Positions 51,129-62,617 of a stretch of 64,000 bases of DNA are shown here, piece after piece. A program made the position numbers and the translations under genes. The notes under the pieces are model-generated. The model was not told the origin of the DNA. It did not search any database and was given only the letters and a program-made list of their open reading frames with translations. Source of the stretch: Tricharina praecox (Eukaryota). The stretch lies in assembly GCF_024521635.1 (NCBI RefSeq), contig NW_026250405.1:434001-498000 (forward strand). Direction: 5' to 3'. The stretch's first letter is position 1. Every line of letters begins with the position of its first letter.

Positions 51129-52833
51129 GAACGAACCAAAGAACCCACGAACCGGCGACCAAACGATGGTACGAACCAGCAGCCTACACCTCGAACGAAC
51201 GATGGAACGAATTAACGATGGGACGAACCGGCAGCCTACCCCCCGAACTGGCGATGGAACGATGCAACGATGGGACGAACCAATAAACCGGCGATGGGAC
51301 GAACCAACGAACTAGCAATAGAACGGGCCTATGGACCAGCTATGCAACGAACCACGATGGGACGAACCACGATGGGACGAACCAGGGATGGAACGAACCG
51401 GCAGCCTACCCCCCGAACCCACGATGGAACAAACCACGAACCAGCGATGGAACAAACCACGAACCAGCAAACCAACGAACACACGAAATAACGATGGAAC
51501 AAAACAAGTAAGCAAGCACGACAAACGCCCCTTCGCCGTCGATTAGTCATCTCAATCAGTCGGTTCAGCCGGTCATGTCAATCGGTCAGTCAGTCAGCTG
51601 GTCAATCGGTCGCACTCCTCCCTTCCGCTGGCGTCGCTGGCTTCGCTGCTGCACCCATAGCCATCACCTGTCCCGCACCTGTCCCTTGCCCGCGCCCACG
51701 AGCCCACGAGCTTCCCGTGTCACCAAGCAATGTAGTTAAGCATCTCAGCCCGGCACTTCTACAATCCCTAACTGGGGGCCCATTGGAAACTCTAAACGCG
51801 GATAAAAACGATCCCATCTTCTAAAACGTAATGCCTACGGTACATCACGAGATCTCACCTACCATCTTGACCCCTCTACATAGACCCCTCTATTGCGATT
51901 GCCCGGTATCGGCCAGCGCACCCGTGTATACGTAGTCGCATACACACACACAAACACACACCACTGACGCCAATATTTACCGTTTCGTTTCGTTGTTTCA
52001 AGTGTTGTTCAACCTTCATAGATGACTATACGGCGCCGATAACTATGTTACACAACCCCCCTCCTCGTCCCCTCCCGTCTTCACCCCTCCTCCCCCTCCT
52101 CCAACGGCCCCGCACTGCCACCGTCTAAAGTCCCATATGTAGGCCATCCAAGACAACACGATGCAAAAAAGCAAGTCCAACGCCATCACCTTTAAACAAC
52201 AACAAAAAAATAATCGCTGTCTACCTCCCGTCCCCCCGTTCATCCTGTCCCCCGTCCCCCGTCCGTCCCTCCCCCACATTTCTCCCGAACGAACGCGGCA
52301 GATATCCCAATCCCCAACCCCCCGTCTTCCACTTGCCAACTGCCATCTCCTCCTCACCCCCGCCCCGCTAAACAAAACGAAACAGAAAAAATGAAACACA
52401 AAAAAAACACCCAGAGAACTCCCGTACCCCATCTATATATAAACATTATCAAAAAAACACAGCAAAAAATCGGGAAAGATGCGATGCGAACACAAATGCG
52501 GGAAAATCAAAATCAAATAGCCGCCGCCGCCCACCAGCCCATCAACCAGCCCCCCGAACATAGTAAAATGTAAATGGAAATGGAAAAGGAAAAAAATCCA
52601 CCAAATAAATCGTGGGGGGTAAAATGGAAGAAAACATGCCTGCATGGAGAAAATGGAACTCAACCGCAAGCCCCCCGCACAGGAAATGCTTACGCGCGGA
52701 GGAGGAGGGGTAAAATAGAAAAAAACAAGGTGGGAAATAGTATTGTCAGGCCCAGGTTCGATTATGGTGGATAAAAGAAGCAAGAATAGTCACATTCCCG
52801 TCTGAACTCTGTGCCCTGCATACTTTGTTGTTG

Positions 52834-52834
<1 letters not shown>

Positions 52835-52868
<34 letters not shown>
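52835..52868 (+). repeat. (TG)n microsatellite in the presumed 3' region of the FYVE gene
   Basis: About 17 TG units. Confidence 0.9.
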
Positions 52869-52870
<2 letters not shown>

Positions 52871-52978
52871 AATTATTTATCGGGTGTTATGGGTCGTATG
52901 GCTAATGATGGTTGATGGTTGATTGTTGAGAGCGAGAGGCAGGGCGACTAGCAAAGAGCCGTGGTCGTCTCGAGCAGT

Positions 52979-54041
52979 CTAGAACGTGCTCCAGCTCCAA
53001 TCCCTCGGAACGGAGCCGACATAGCTGCCGACCTTGCCCGCGAGTCCAGCGACATCATCTATGCGTCTTGGGATCGGCTTGATGCCCATGCCAATGCTGC
53101 TCGGGGGAGAGCCGGAGAGCGTCGAGCTGGTGGAGCTGGAGCTCATCGAACCGGTGCGGCGGACAGCACGGATCCGTCGGTAGTCGCCGTAGCATGTGTC
53201 GCAGACCCTGGAGGAGGTTCCCTCCGGATGGACGCGGCCGTTCTGGTTTAGCGGGAGGAAGTGGTAGGCGTGCTGGGAGCAGAATACATTGCCGCACCTA
53301 ACCGATATTGTCAGCTTTCCATTCGGCCTCGTGTGGCGTGGGATGCACGGTATCAGGGGGGAGGGAGCTCACCTCCGGCAATGGTGTCGGCGGACGTAGA
53401 ATGTGAACTGCTTGATGCAGGCGGGAGAATCGCAGATGGCAGCTTCGGCGTCAGGCTGGAAGGGCACGCGAGAGGCGTTAGCGATTACGTTCCGAGCACG
53501 CAAGAGGGACAGCACGCAAGAGCCAAGCAGGGTCCCGTCACCACCCAACCAGATGTGGCCGGATTCCAACCATATATAACAGCCCGGAACCACAACCATA
53601 ACCAAGAGAGAGAGAGAGAGAGAATGCAGCGCAACATACCTTCCAGTGCTGTCTCTTCGGCGGTCCAGTAACCTTGCCCGCGTCCTCCTCCTCCTCACAG
53701 ACGTCATCGCCAATCGCATCCTCAAAGTCATCGTTGTACTCGGCCTCGCGTTTGAAGTCGCCGAACAGGTCGGCTGAAGTTACCGACTTGGGCGAGGTGG
53801 ACAGCAGCGACGAGCCAGTGGTCGGTCGCGACGACGAGATGTGGTCGATGGCGCGCAGCACCGCGGGACGGTAGAGCGGCGACTTTGGAGGGTGCAATTG
53901 GCGGCAGGGTACCGGGATAAGGTTGTGCTGAGGGAAACCGTTCGCGGTGTTGGGCGGCGACGTTTGGGGGGAGTACTGGGTGCTGTGAGCGCTCTGGGCG
54001 CTCTGGGTGCTCAGGCGGCGCACTGGTGGCTGGTGATACAT
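52979..54041 (-). CDS. PIB2: Pib2-type FYVE zinc-finger protein (putative TORC1 activator), 267 aa, exons 54041-53640, 53455-53373, 53297-52979
   Basis: FYVE signatures WKPD (WxxD), RRHHCRRCGNVFC and RVCDTC. Upstream LYRPAVLR resembles Pib2 region E, and the C-terminal GSVPRDWSWSTF* resembles the Pib2 tail motif. Confidence 0.85.
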
Positions 54042-55375
54042 GGTGCTTGTGTGGGTGGACGGGTGGTGGTAGTGGTGGATTCGAGAGTGAGGGTTATGGT
54101 CCCGAGAGTGTGTTATGGTCCCGCGAGTCGCGTGAGGTATCGATGATGGGTTGGATGGGTGCGAGCTGTAAAAGGGTGGAGCTTGAGGAGAAGGGTGGTA
54201 AGAGGTAGGAGGTAGGAAGCAGCAGAGGAGGAGCAGGAGGTAGGAGAGTGGAATGGATTGGCGGTGGATAAGCAAGGAGTATGTATGTAGGTCGGTAAGT
54301 AGGTAGGTTATGAGTGGGTAGGGTTGAGGAGGTGGAAGTGAGTGGTGGAAGTGGTGGGGTGGGATGTTATGTTATGTTATCGGCTGGCCAGACCGGCGAT
54401 TTATGGGGGGGTGGTGGTGGGTGCGGATGTATGTATGAGTATGTAGGCAAGCAAGTATGAAGTATGTATAGGATGCACACAACCACTTAGGATATTCTCA
54501 ATGTTTAGGATCCGATTTACGGCGGATCCGAGGGCGTAGTTGGTGGAGGGTACGTAGGCGGCGGACGAAGGAGCAGCGGGGAGAACACTTGGGTAACGGG
54601 GGTTTTTTGTTGGGGGGGGGGGGGGGGGGGGGACGGAAGCCGGAGTAGCGGGAAGGCGAGTGGACTTGTGTGCGGGTGGCCGTACAAGTAGTGAGGTGAG
54701 TAGTGGGTAGTGAGTAGTGGGAAGATAGTGGGTAGTGGATGGTGGGAACAGCGTGGAATCAAGTAGCAAGGTAGGCTTCAGGCTTCAGGCTTCAAGCTTC
54801 AGACTTCAGATTCGAGACTTTCACGCTTCAGGCTTCAGGCTTCACACTTTTCAGGCTTCAGGCTTCACGAGTTACGGTAGCGTTCCTGCTATCTACTCTA
54901 GAGTATGGGCTCGAGTGTGTAGAGTTAGGCTGTCTCCGGTCTGGATGGCAGTTTTGTGTTTTGTGGACAAGGACGACGGACGGACAGAGTTGGGACGAAG
55001 GGGATGTCGACGTAGAGTAGAGTGGTCACTAGTTTGAATGTATGAGACGAAGACGAAGCCGAAGCCAAAGAAGAAGAAGACGACGAAGACGACGACGAAG
55101 ACGAAGACGAGGACGAAGGGGGGATAAGGGGATCACTCCCGGGCTCACCATGTCCGGCTCCTGCTCTCATGCGCAACCACCCACTCCGGCCTAACGCAAC
55201 GAACGCGCATGGCGTTTTGATTGAGCTGCATCGCGCTCTCGCTCTCACGCAGCTAGAGTAGAGTACAGTAGTTAAAGTGCCTTTCGCTCTTCGCTCGCTA
55301 GGGGGGAGAGGGGGAAGGGAGGGAGGGAGGGAGGGGGGGAGGGGGGGAGGGAGGGAGGGAGGGAGGGAAGGGTGG

Positions 55376-55442
55376 ATTGGAATGCGAAGATAACGAAACC
55401 CCGTCTGATTGGCCAGACACTCGCCGGCCGGCCGGTGATTGG
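55376..55442 (-). promoter_or_regulatory. Three tandem CCAAT boxes upstream of the PIB2-like gene
   Basis: ATTGG at 55376, 55408 and 55438 (CCAAT on the minus strand), spaced 32 and 30 nt. Confidence 0.4.
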
Positions 55443-57847
55443 TCGGATTAGCTTGGTAATCCTGGCCATAGTGGCCATCGTCCTTATCCGCGAGGGTGGA
55501 GGAGAGGAGGAGGATGAGGAGAGGAGGAGGATGAGGAGAGAACGCTCCGACCAGACCGACGCCACCCGGAGAAACAGGAGAGCGAACAAGGGCAAGGGCT
55601 CGCTCGCCTCTTTCGCCCTCCCACTCTCGTGCCCTCCCCGCTCCTCCTGTTCGTGCTGGGGGACATACCTGGGTAGAGTACCGTGTCAACCCGCAACGGC
55701 CATCGTGAGAAATCGGCCGTCGCCCGCAGGCCATCCACCATCTGCAGCAAAGTCCCAAACAAAACCCCAAACAAAACCAAAGCGGTCGGTCGGTCGGCCC
55801 CCGCCCGTCCGCCCGCGTCCGCGTCCGCCCACTCCCACTCAGCGAGCTGCCCCATTCGAAAAATAAGGTTCAGCCACGACACGCGACTGTGCTGGGCGAC
55901 GGCACATGTAATCGAGCGTGCCCATCCACCATCCACCAGCGCTCCACTCCCCTCGATGCCTCTGGTGGTGCCTCGCTAGGCGGGCGAGCGGCCTTCATCT
56001 CGGTGTGGGCCTTCGCACTGGCGCAAGGAGAGGATGGTGACCCGTCTATCTACACATGTATGGATGTATGTGTGTGCGTAGATGTAGCCTGTCCGTCCGT
56101 AGCCCGGATGCATGTAGAGCAGGCACCAGTGCCAGTGATGCTCGGTGGATTCGACGGTTCTTCGTGGGATTCGTGGGATCCTGTGTAGATATCCACATAC
56201 GACTAGATACGGAACCTATCATGTGTAGCTGGGTCAGCGCTCGTCGCTCGATGCCGCTGCGGGACCCTGAACTAAACTAAACGACGTCTACTCTACTCTA
56301 GAGCCAGCTAGTTAGTGCCACTGCCAGAACCAAGTGCAGCTCGTACATACAGAGGCTAGAGTAGGTACTCTAGATACTCTGCTCGGCGGTGGAGTAGATA
56401 CGTACGACGTATGTACATACGTGCATGGAGGACGTGATGTGATGTGATGTGGGTGATGCGGGCCATGGAGCACTGGTTGGAGGAGAGTACCAAGGTAAGC
56501 AAGAAGATGTAGGTACCGGTTGGAGGAGAGATGCGGGAATCATTGCGATCCGATCAGAAACAACAACAGGAACAGCAACTCAACTTCCCGTCTGCCCTGG
56601 CACAGCTCAGCATATCACCAGTGACCACTCGCCGTGGCAAAACCCCCAAAATAATAACAGCAGATCAAGATGGCGGATCGCGATAATCATCCCCTGCGTA
56701 TCCGTCGTCATGTTCATCCCATCGTCAGCCCATGCTGTTTTCTACGCTTCTACGCTTCTACGCTTCTTCGCGCCCAAGATCCAAGACCCAAGACCTAAGC
56801 TTCCAGTTCCCTCGTTCCCTGGCGTTCCCTGGCCAGGGCCGGACCAGCGCCGACTAGCCCTCCAAGTTCTAACCCTCCAAGCTCTAACCACATACATAAT
56901 CCGCAGCCTAAAGAAAGCAGAGTCCATCCATCCATCGGTTTTTCCGCTCCCCTGCCCCCTCGTCCCTCCCCTGCCCCCATCCTCCCCTCCCTCCCCCCGT
57001 CCGTCCATCCACCAGAGCAGCAGCCGGAACCCCCGAAGTCCGAGCGCTCGCGCCAGAGGAGCCAGAGAAAGAAACGACGCTGTTACATAATTCCAGCCCC
57101 CCCCCCCCCGACCCTGTCCCTGTCCCTCGAATTTCTGCGGTGGTGCGGTGGAGCGGTTGGGCGCTAGGATTTAAGCTTTTGAGCCGCACTGTGCGCCCCC
57201 CCTGGAAAGAGGGAAAGAGGGTCTCGGGGGATCGGCTGTGGCTCCTGGCGAGAGGATGGGAGGGAGAGGGAGACAGAGGATGTCCGTGGAGATGGTAGGT
57301 TCCGTGGGTGCGGGTAGTGGGCGGTGGACGGTGGGCGGTAGGCGGTGGGGGGGCAACAGATGGGAAACGGGAATGGCAACGGAAATACATGGCAACGGAA
57401 ATCGCAACCTCTCCCCCCACTCCCACTCACCCCCACCAGCCCCACGACTTGGTTGAATGAATTGGCCACACTCGCAACGGCTGTGGCGGTTCGGTTCGCG
57501 GATACCCGGTCGCCCAGCAGTCTTGCACGCCCAGCAGGCATCCGCATCAAGATCGTGAGATTTGCACGTCACGGTCAAGGTCACGAACGATCGTGCCCGT
57601 GCGCCACACTGCGGCAGATAAGATGGATAGATGGAGTAGATACTCGAGTCGCCAGGTCGTGCGTGCGTGCACAGATCCGATCCGACGATCCCCAGCCAGC
57701 CCCCACCAACGGCGAAACGGTCAACCCAAACGGCCAACCATAACCCAACCCCTCAGCCCCCAACCCCAATCCCAACCCAAAGTTCCGTTGCGAGTGGGGA
57801 GTGGGGCGTTCGAGAGCGACGACGATGCATATCTACATGGAGAGATA

Positions 57848-57937
57848 AAGCAGGAAGAGATGAAGCAGGAAGAGATGAAGCAGGAAGAGATGAAGCAGGA
57901 AGAGATGAAGCAGGAAGAGATGAAGCAGGAAGAGATG
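57848..57937 (+). repeat. 15-bp minisatellite AAGCAGGAAGAGATG x6
   Basis: Six perfect tandem copies. Confidence 0.95.
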
Positions 57938-60813
57938 AAGGCGAAAGCGATGCTACTGTACTCTAGCTAGGGGGATGGCGCGGAAAAGCCGAGCTGCTCT
58001 ACTGTGCTCTACTACCTAGTCTCGGGAGTCGGGAAGGCGTCTCGGCGCCGCTGGATGCGCATCTAGACGTCGTCCATTCACGAGCGTCTTCGAGGCTACT
58101 ATGATACTATCTACGGTACCTTTGCTAGCACGAGTAGACACCTAGATATGTGGGTTATGTAGGAAGGTACATATCTCCACCGCTGTGTATGAAAGATGAA
58201 AGCTGCAGCCAAATTTCATCTTCGTCTTCGTCTTCATCTCTCGAGTCTGCAGTGATCGCCCACGCATACCATCATGCCCACCTAGATCATATGTACGTGC
58301 CTACGGTACTCTGCACCCTCGCCCCACCGTCTCCGTCCCCGTTCTCTAGCCTCACGATATCACATCACAGTCTATTTACTAGTAGCCGTCGTACGACGGG
58401 GACCCGTACCGTACCGTGATAGGTGCTTACACACGCGGTTAAGTCAGCAACCTCGGCCGCGTGGGTGGGTAGCGGGCGGGCCGGCGGGTGTGCGGGTGCG
58501 TGCGGGTGTGCGGGTGTGCGGGGGTAGTCATGTACCGGTAGTTTTCCTTCGCTCGTCTTTCCGCGTGGCGGGCGGTGGGCGGTGGGCGGCGGAGTCCTCT
58601 CGGAGTTACGGAGCTCGACTGGTCAATCTCGCGTCGGAGTTACGCAGCAAGCTCGCCTGGCGGCCGTACCCGCACTCAGAGTACCTGCTGCTGGTCTGGA
58701 GCATCCGGCCTCGAGTCTCGACAACTCGACTCGGGTTGGGTCGCAGCGGAGGAAGCCCCCCAAACCCCCCAAAGTTCAAACCCACGACGAGGAAGGGTGA
58801 ACGAGCGCACGCGACCCACCGTCCTCGTCTCCGTCCATTGAGTTGAAATGGGTGAGTGTTGGCACTTACATACGATCGATCGCTGCCAATGGGAATTTGA
58901 GGTGACACAGCGTCAGTCGTCGGTTCTCCGCTCGTTCAATTCCGTCCGTCCCTGCTTCTCCTCCGCCGCTTTCTCCCCCTCCGCCGCTTTCTCCCCCTCC
59001 TCACTCTACTCCTCCCCACCTCTTCGTCTTCCTCGTCCTCGTCCTCATCTCCTCTAAACAAGCCACCTGATCCCCCGCCCCCCGCCCGATTGTAAACGAC
59101 CTCCACCCCATCCCCACCCCCTCTCGCAAACGAACCCAAACGAACCCAAGAAAAAAAAAGAGACAAAGATTAAACTCCACGATCACGATCGATCCTCCGC
59201 AGGCAGCGGATGGCAAACTTTTATACTATACATAACCCGCCACGAACTGAACCGAGAGCGTTTCGGTTTACATACCTAGGCGATGAGGATGGGGGTGGGG
59301 CATGTGTGGGGGATGGTGGGGATGGGGGTGGGTAACTATGGGGGCGTGTGGGGGTCTGTGTATATATATATGTATGGAGACGGTCAATGGCAACTGCTAC
59401 TACTACCGTAGAGTAGTAGTCTGCAGTGAGTGCAGTGAGTGCGCTGCAGTGTGGGGTACCTTTGAATTTTAGTATAGCAATGCGTTAGGTATTGTAGAAC
59501 TCTAGTAGACCTCGCGTGCGCTGCGTGGGGTAACTCTCTACCAGAGTATGTCCTTACTTACCTATGTGGTGGATATGGTACGATGTGAAGTCGACGATGA
59601 CGATCACGATGAATGAGCGCGGGCAGCAGTGGGACTGTGGGGGGTTGTATAGAGTACCAGTGGTCTCCCCCACCGCGGTCCGCGTGTGATTACCACTTCC
59701 TCTCTTCTCTGGAGGGAGTCTGGACATACCCGCTGGTTAGAGTTGACTCAGTAGAGTAACTAGAGTTAAAGTTAGAGTAACCGAGATCATAAAACGGTCG
59801 AGTAAGAACAGTCTTACAGTGGCGCATTCGAGTCTGGCGCAGCCTAAACGATAATGATAACGGAAACAGAAACAGAAACGGAAACATGTTCGTCCCATAG
59901 ATGATGGCACATGCAATATGCAATATGCATGCATGATTCGAGCATGATTCGAGCATGATTCGAGAGAACTCAAACTCTAGACTCCAGACTCAAACTCAGG
60001 CTCGGAGTCCGGACTGACGACTGACGGACTGACTTTTCATGTAAAGTGTAAGTATGATCCATAAGGCAGGCCAAGTGCGAAACTCCAACCCAACTGCAAC
60101 CCAACTGCAAGCCAGTGAGCCACAGCAAGCAGGCGCACCCATGAGCGCGTCACCGTCACACATATGCTGCGGCTTGTGGCGGGTATTCGAGGACTTTGTT
60201 TACTCATGCTCATTCATGATTCATTGATGATTATCATTGCATGCGACCCGACTATCTAGACCATGGCAATTGCACCTCGAAAGAACGGAAACGTGCTTTG
60301 TACTCTATGTACTCTATGTACTCTATCTATCCAGGCTCACTTCGAGCCATCTCCTCCTTCTCAGACACCTTCTCCTCGGGCACCGTATCCTCCCCGTATC
60401 TATAGTATGCAAACATTCCACACGACTCTCCACACGACTCTCCAGTTCCGCTGTCCTGCTCCAGCACCGGCTTCGAACCTATAATATACACTCCCATGCC
60501 AATCCCACCGCACAGGCACAGGACGGGACTTTAGTTTATATGTATGTACAACAGAACGGAACAGAGGGCAAAGGCAGAGCACACAAATAACCATCCAGCG
60601 ATAGGTATGTAAGTAGTCGGGATCTAACATTATCCAAAACATGACGCTTCGAAACAAAAACCAAAAACCAAAAAAAAATACACAAAAAAAAACGAAACCG
60701 ACTCCCGCCAACAACACTGGTATAAAACACAAACGCCACGCCACCCCCCACCCCTTCTAGATAGATAGATAGAACAGTTAGATGTATGCATAGGTAGATA
60801 GCAAGAATAACAA

Positions 60814-62617
60814 TCAGCAAATCGTGCAGCCCCCCCACGTCTTATCGTTCTTGTTGACAACGATACCGACACCTCTGTCGATGCCACCCTGCACGCCACC
60901 GGCGGCTTCGATGGCCGACCGATCCCGCTCAAAATCGCGGACGATCCTGCCGGCGGCGTAGACGCAGCTGCCGAGTCCGTAACGCACCAGTGAGTCGCCC
61001 GTCAGGGAGCCGACGACGAAAACATTCGACGCGACTTCGAGATCCGACTCAACTCGTCTCCGCATCGTGTCCGCCGAAACCCACGCGGCGTCGACGACTC
61101 CGACTTCCTTCCGTAGCTCGGCGGAAAGGTACCCAAGACTCCCTTTGCGCCCCGCGCAGTATTTGAGTTCCGACACGGACCGCTCGATCACCTCGTCGTC
61201 TGCGGTGAGGATCTTGATCTGGCCATCCGCCGAGACGGTGATGACCTGTGCGTTCGGGAAGCCCTCGTAATTGGCGCTCCAGTCGCGGCTGCATTCCTGT
61301 TGCAGCGGGGGTGTAGCGGCCCCGCGGGCGCTCGCGGGAAGTGTGGCCAGTTTCATTTGTCGGTAGATCTGCGCGTACTCGGGATATGCCTGGGGATGGC
61401 ACCCTTTCAGTGGACTCGGACGCGAAGGCATCCATTTGTATATGTGGATAATCTTCCTGCCGGGATTCTGGCTGAGGATGACATCTGCGGCGGTGAAACC
61501 GGACCCCACGACGAGGATCGGCAGGGCGTCGGACCGCAGATTGGGAATCTGTGGGGGCTTCTGGAGCAGAGGGAGGAAGATCGGGGGTGGGGGGATGGTG
61601 AAGGTGAAGATTCCGGTGGCAAGCACAAGGTGTCGGCACACGATCACGAATGGTTCACCGGACTTCCGTCGCTGCACCCGGATCGTGAATCCCTGCGAGT
61701 TTCGCGTGATTTTTTGGGCATTAGTGTTGCAGTATAACGCCGACGAGATTCCGACGGCTTTAGGGTAGGCAGCGTAATACGAGGCGACATCTCGACGCGT
61801 CGGTCGGATCAGATCGGGCAGCTGCTTCTTGTGAATTCGCTTGTAATGTTCAGGAAACGAATATCCCGGCAGCGTAAACATCTCGGCATAGCTGGGGGGG
61901 CACATGGGTCAGTTACCAAGCCGCAAGAAAGAGCATGGATTGGTAATACCTCAGTGTGCCGATGTCCCAATTTGCCGAAATTGGCTCTTCGGTCCATTGG
62001 CCTCCAGATTCCGCCGCAGATCCCAGAACGATATGGTCGACGCGCTTCGCGGGATTCCGCTCCCACCGCAACCGAGACTTCAACTCTCCAATCTCCGTGT
62101 TCGCGTTTGGACGCAGCAGCGTGTCGAGCAACGTATTCACCGGGAGAGCCTGAGTCGAGTACGAGTGGTTGGAGGCGTGGAAGTGCTCCGTCAGGTATTC
62201 GCACGACTTCTGCGAATCGAGTACATCGTACAGCGGCGTGTTCACCTCCTTCGACAGCTTGCCGTGCAGCACCGCGTCCGGGTGCGGACCATGTGTGATC
62301 GGATCGTACCTCGGTACGTTGCCGTGCAGCATATAGCTCAGAAACAAAGCCGCAGGTCCGTTTCCTGTGAAGAACAAAGGGAACCCTAGTCAGCACTTCC
62401 ATTCATCACAAAAATGCAACTTTTCTTTTCTTTTTTTCCTCCCGGCTCCCCGAAAAGCCCTGGGCGCCCTCTCTTAAACACCAATACAACAAAACTTGGG
62501 CGAGTGATATCTCTCTGTACCTACAATCACAGTGTCCGTCGCCCTGAAGTTCGCCAACTCTCGGTGATATGACGCCATGTCGGATGACGTATAACGGCGC
62601 CGATTGGCCGTCGACAT
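60814..62617 (-). CDS. OSGIN1/OKL38-like FAD-dependent oxidoreductase, 529 aa, exons 62617-62521, 62364-61950, 61891-60814
   Basis: TVIVGNGPAALFLSYMLHG (Rossmann fold), ALPVNTLLDTLLRP, GGQW, LPGYSF, RPTRRDVASYY, VLATG, VVGSGFTAAD, YPEY and GSLTGDSLVR. Two canonical introns restore the frame. Confidence 0.85.

Noticed and set aside
50884..51550. Repeat-peptide ORFs (MEPASDGTSQRWNQPA) and a CRISPR-like appearance
   Set aside because: These are by-products of a stop-free 16-bp tandem repeat open in several frames. There are no unique constant-length spacers or cas genes, and the context is eukaryotic.
54925..55866. 281-aa and 164-aa ORFs
   Set aside because: Low-complexity translations of GGGA/GAC/GAG repeats in the PIB2 upstream region.
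57593..57970. ORF with (EMKQE)n repeats
   Set aside because: Explained by a perfect 15-bp minisatellite with no synonymous variation. The listed start is non-ATG and the flanks look noncoding.
16000..60800. Transposon or RIP relics in the gene-poor region
   Set aside because: No transposase, RT or integrase motifs, terminal repeats or extended AT-rich RIP-like tracts were recognised by eye.
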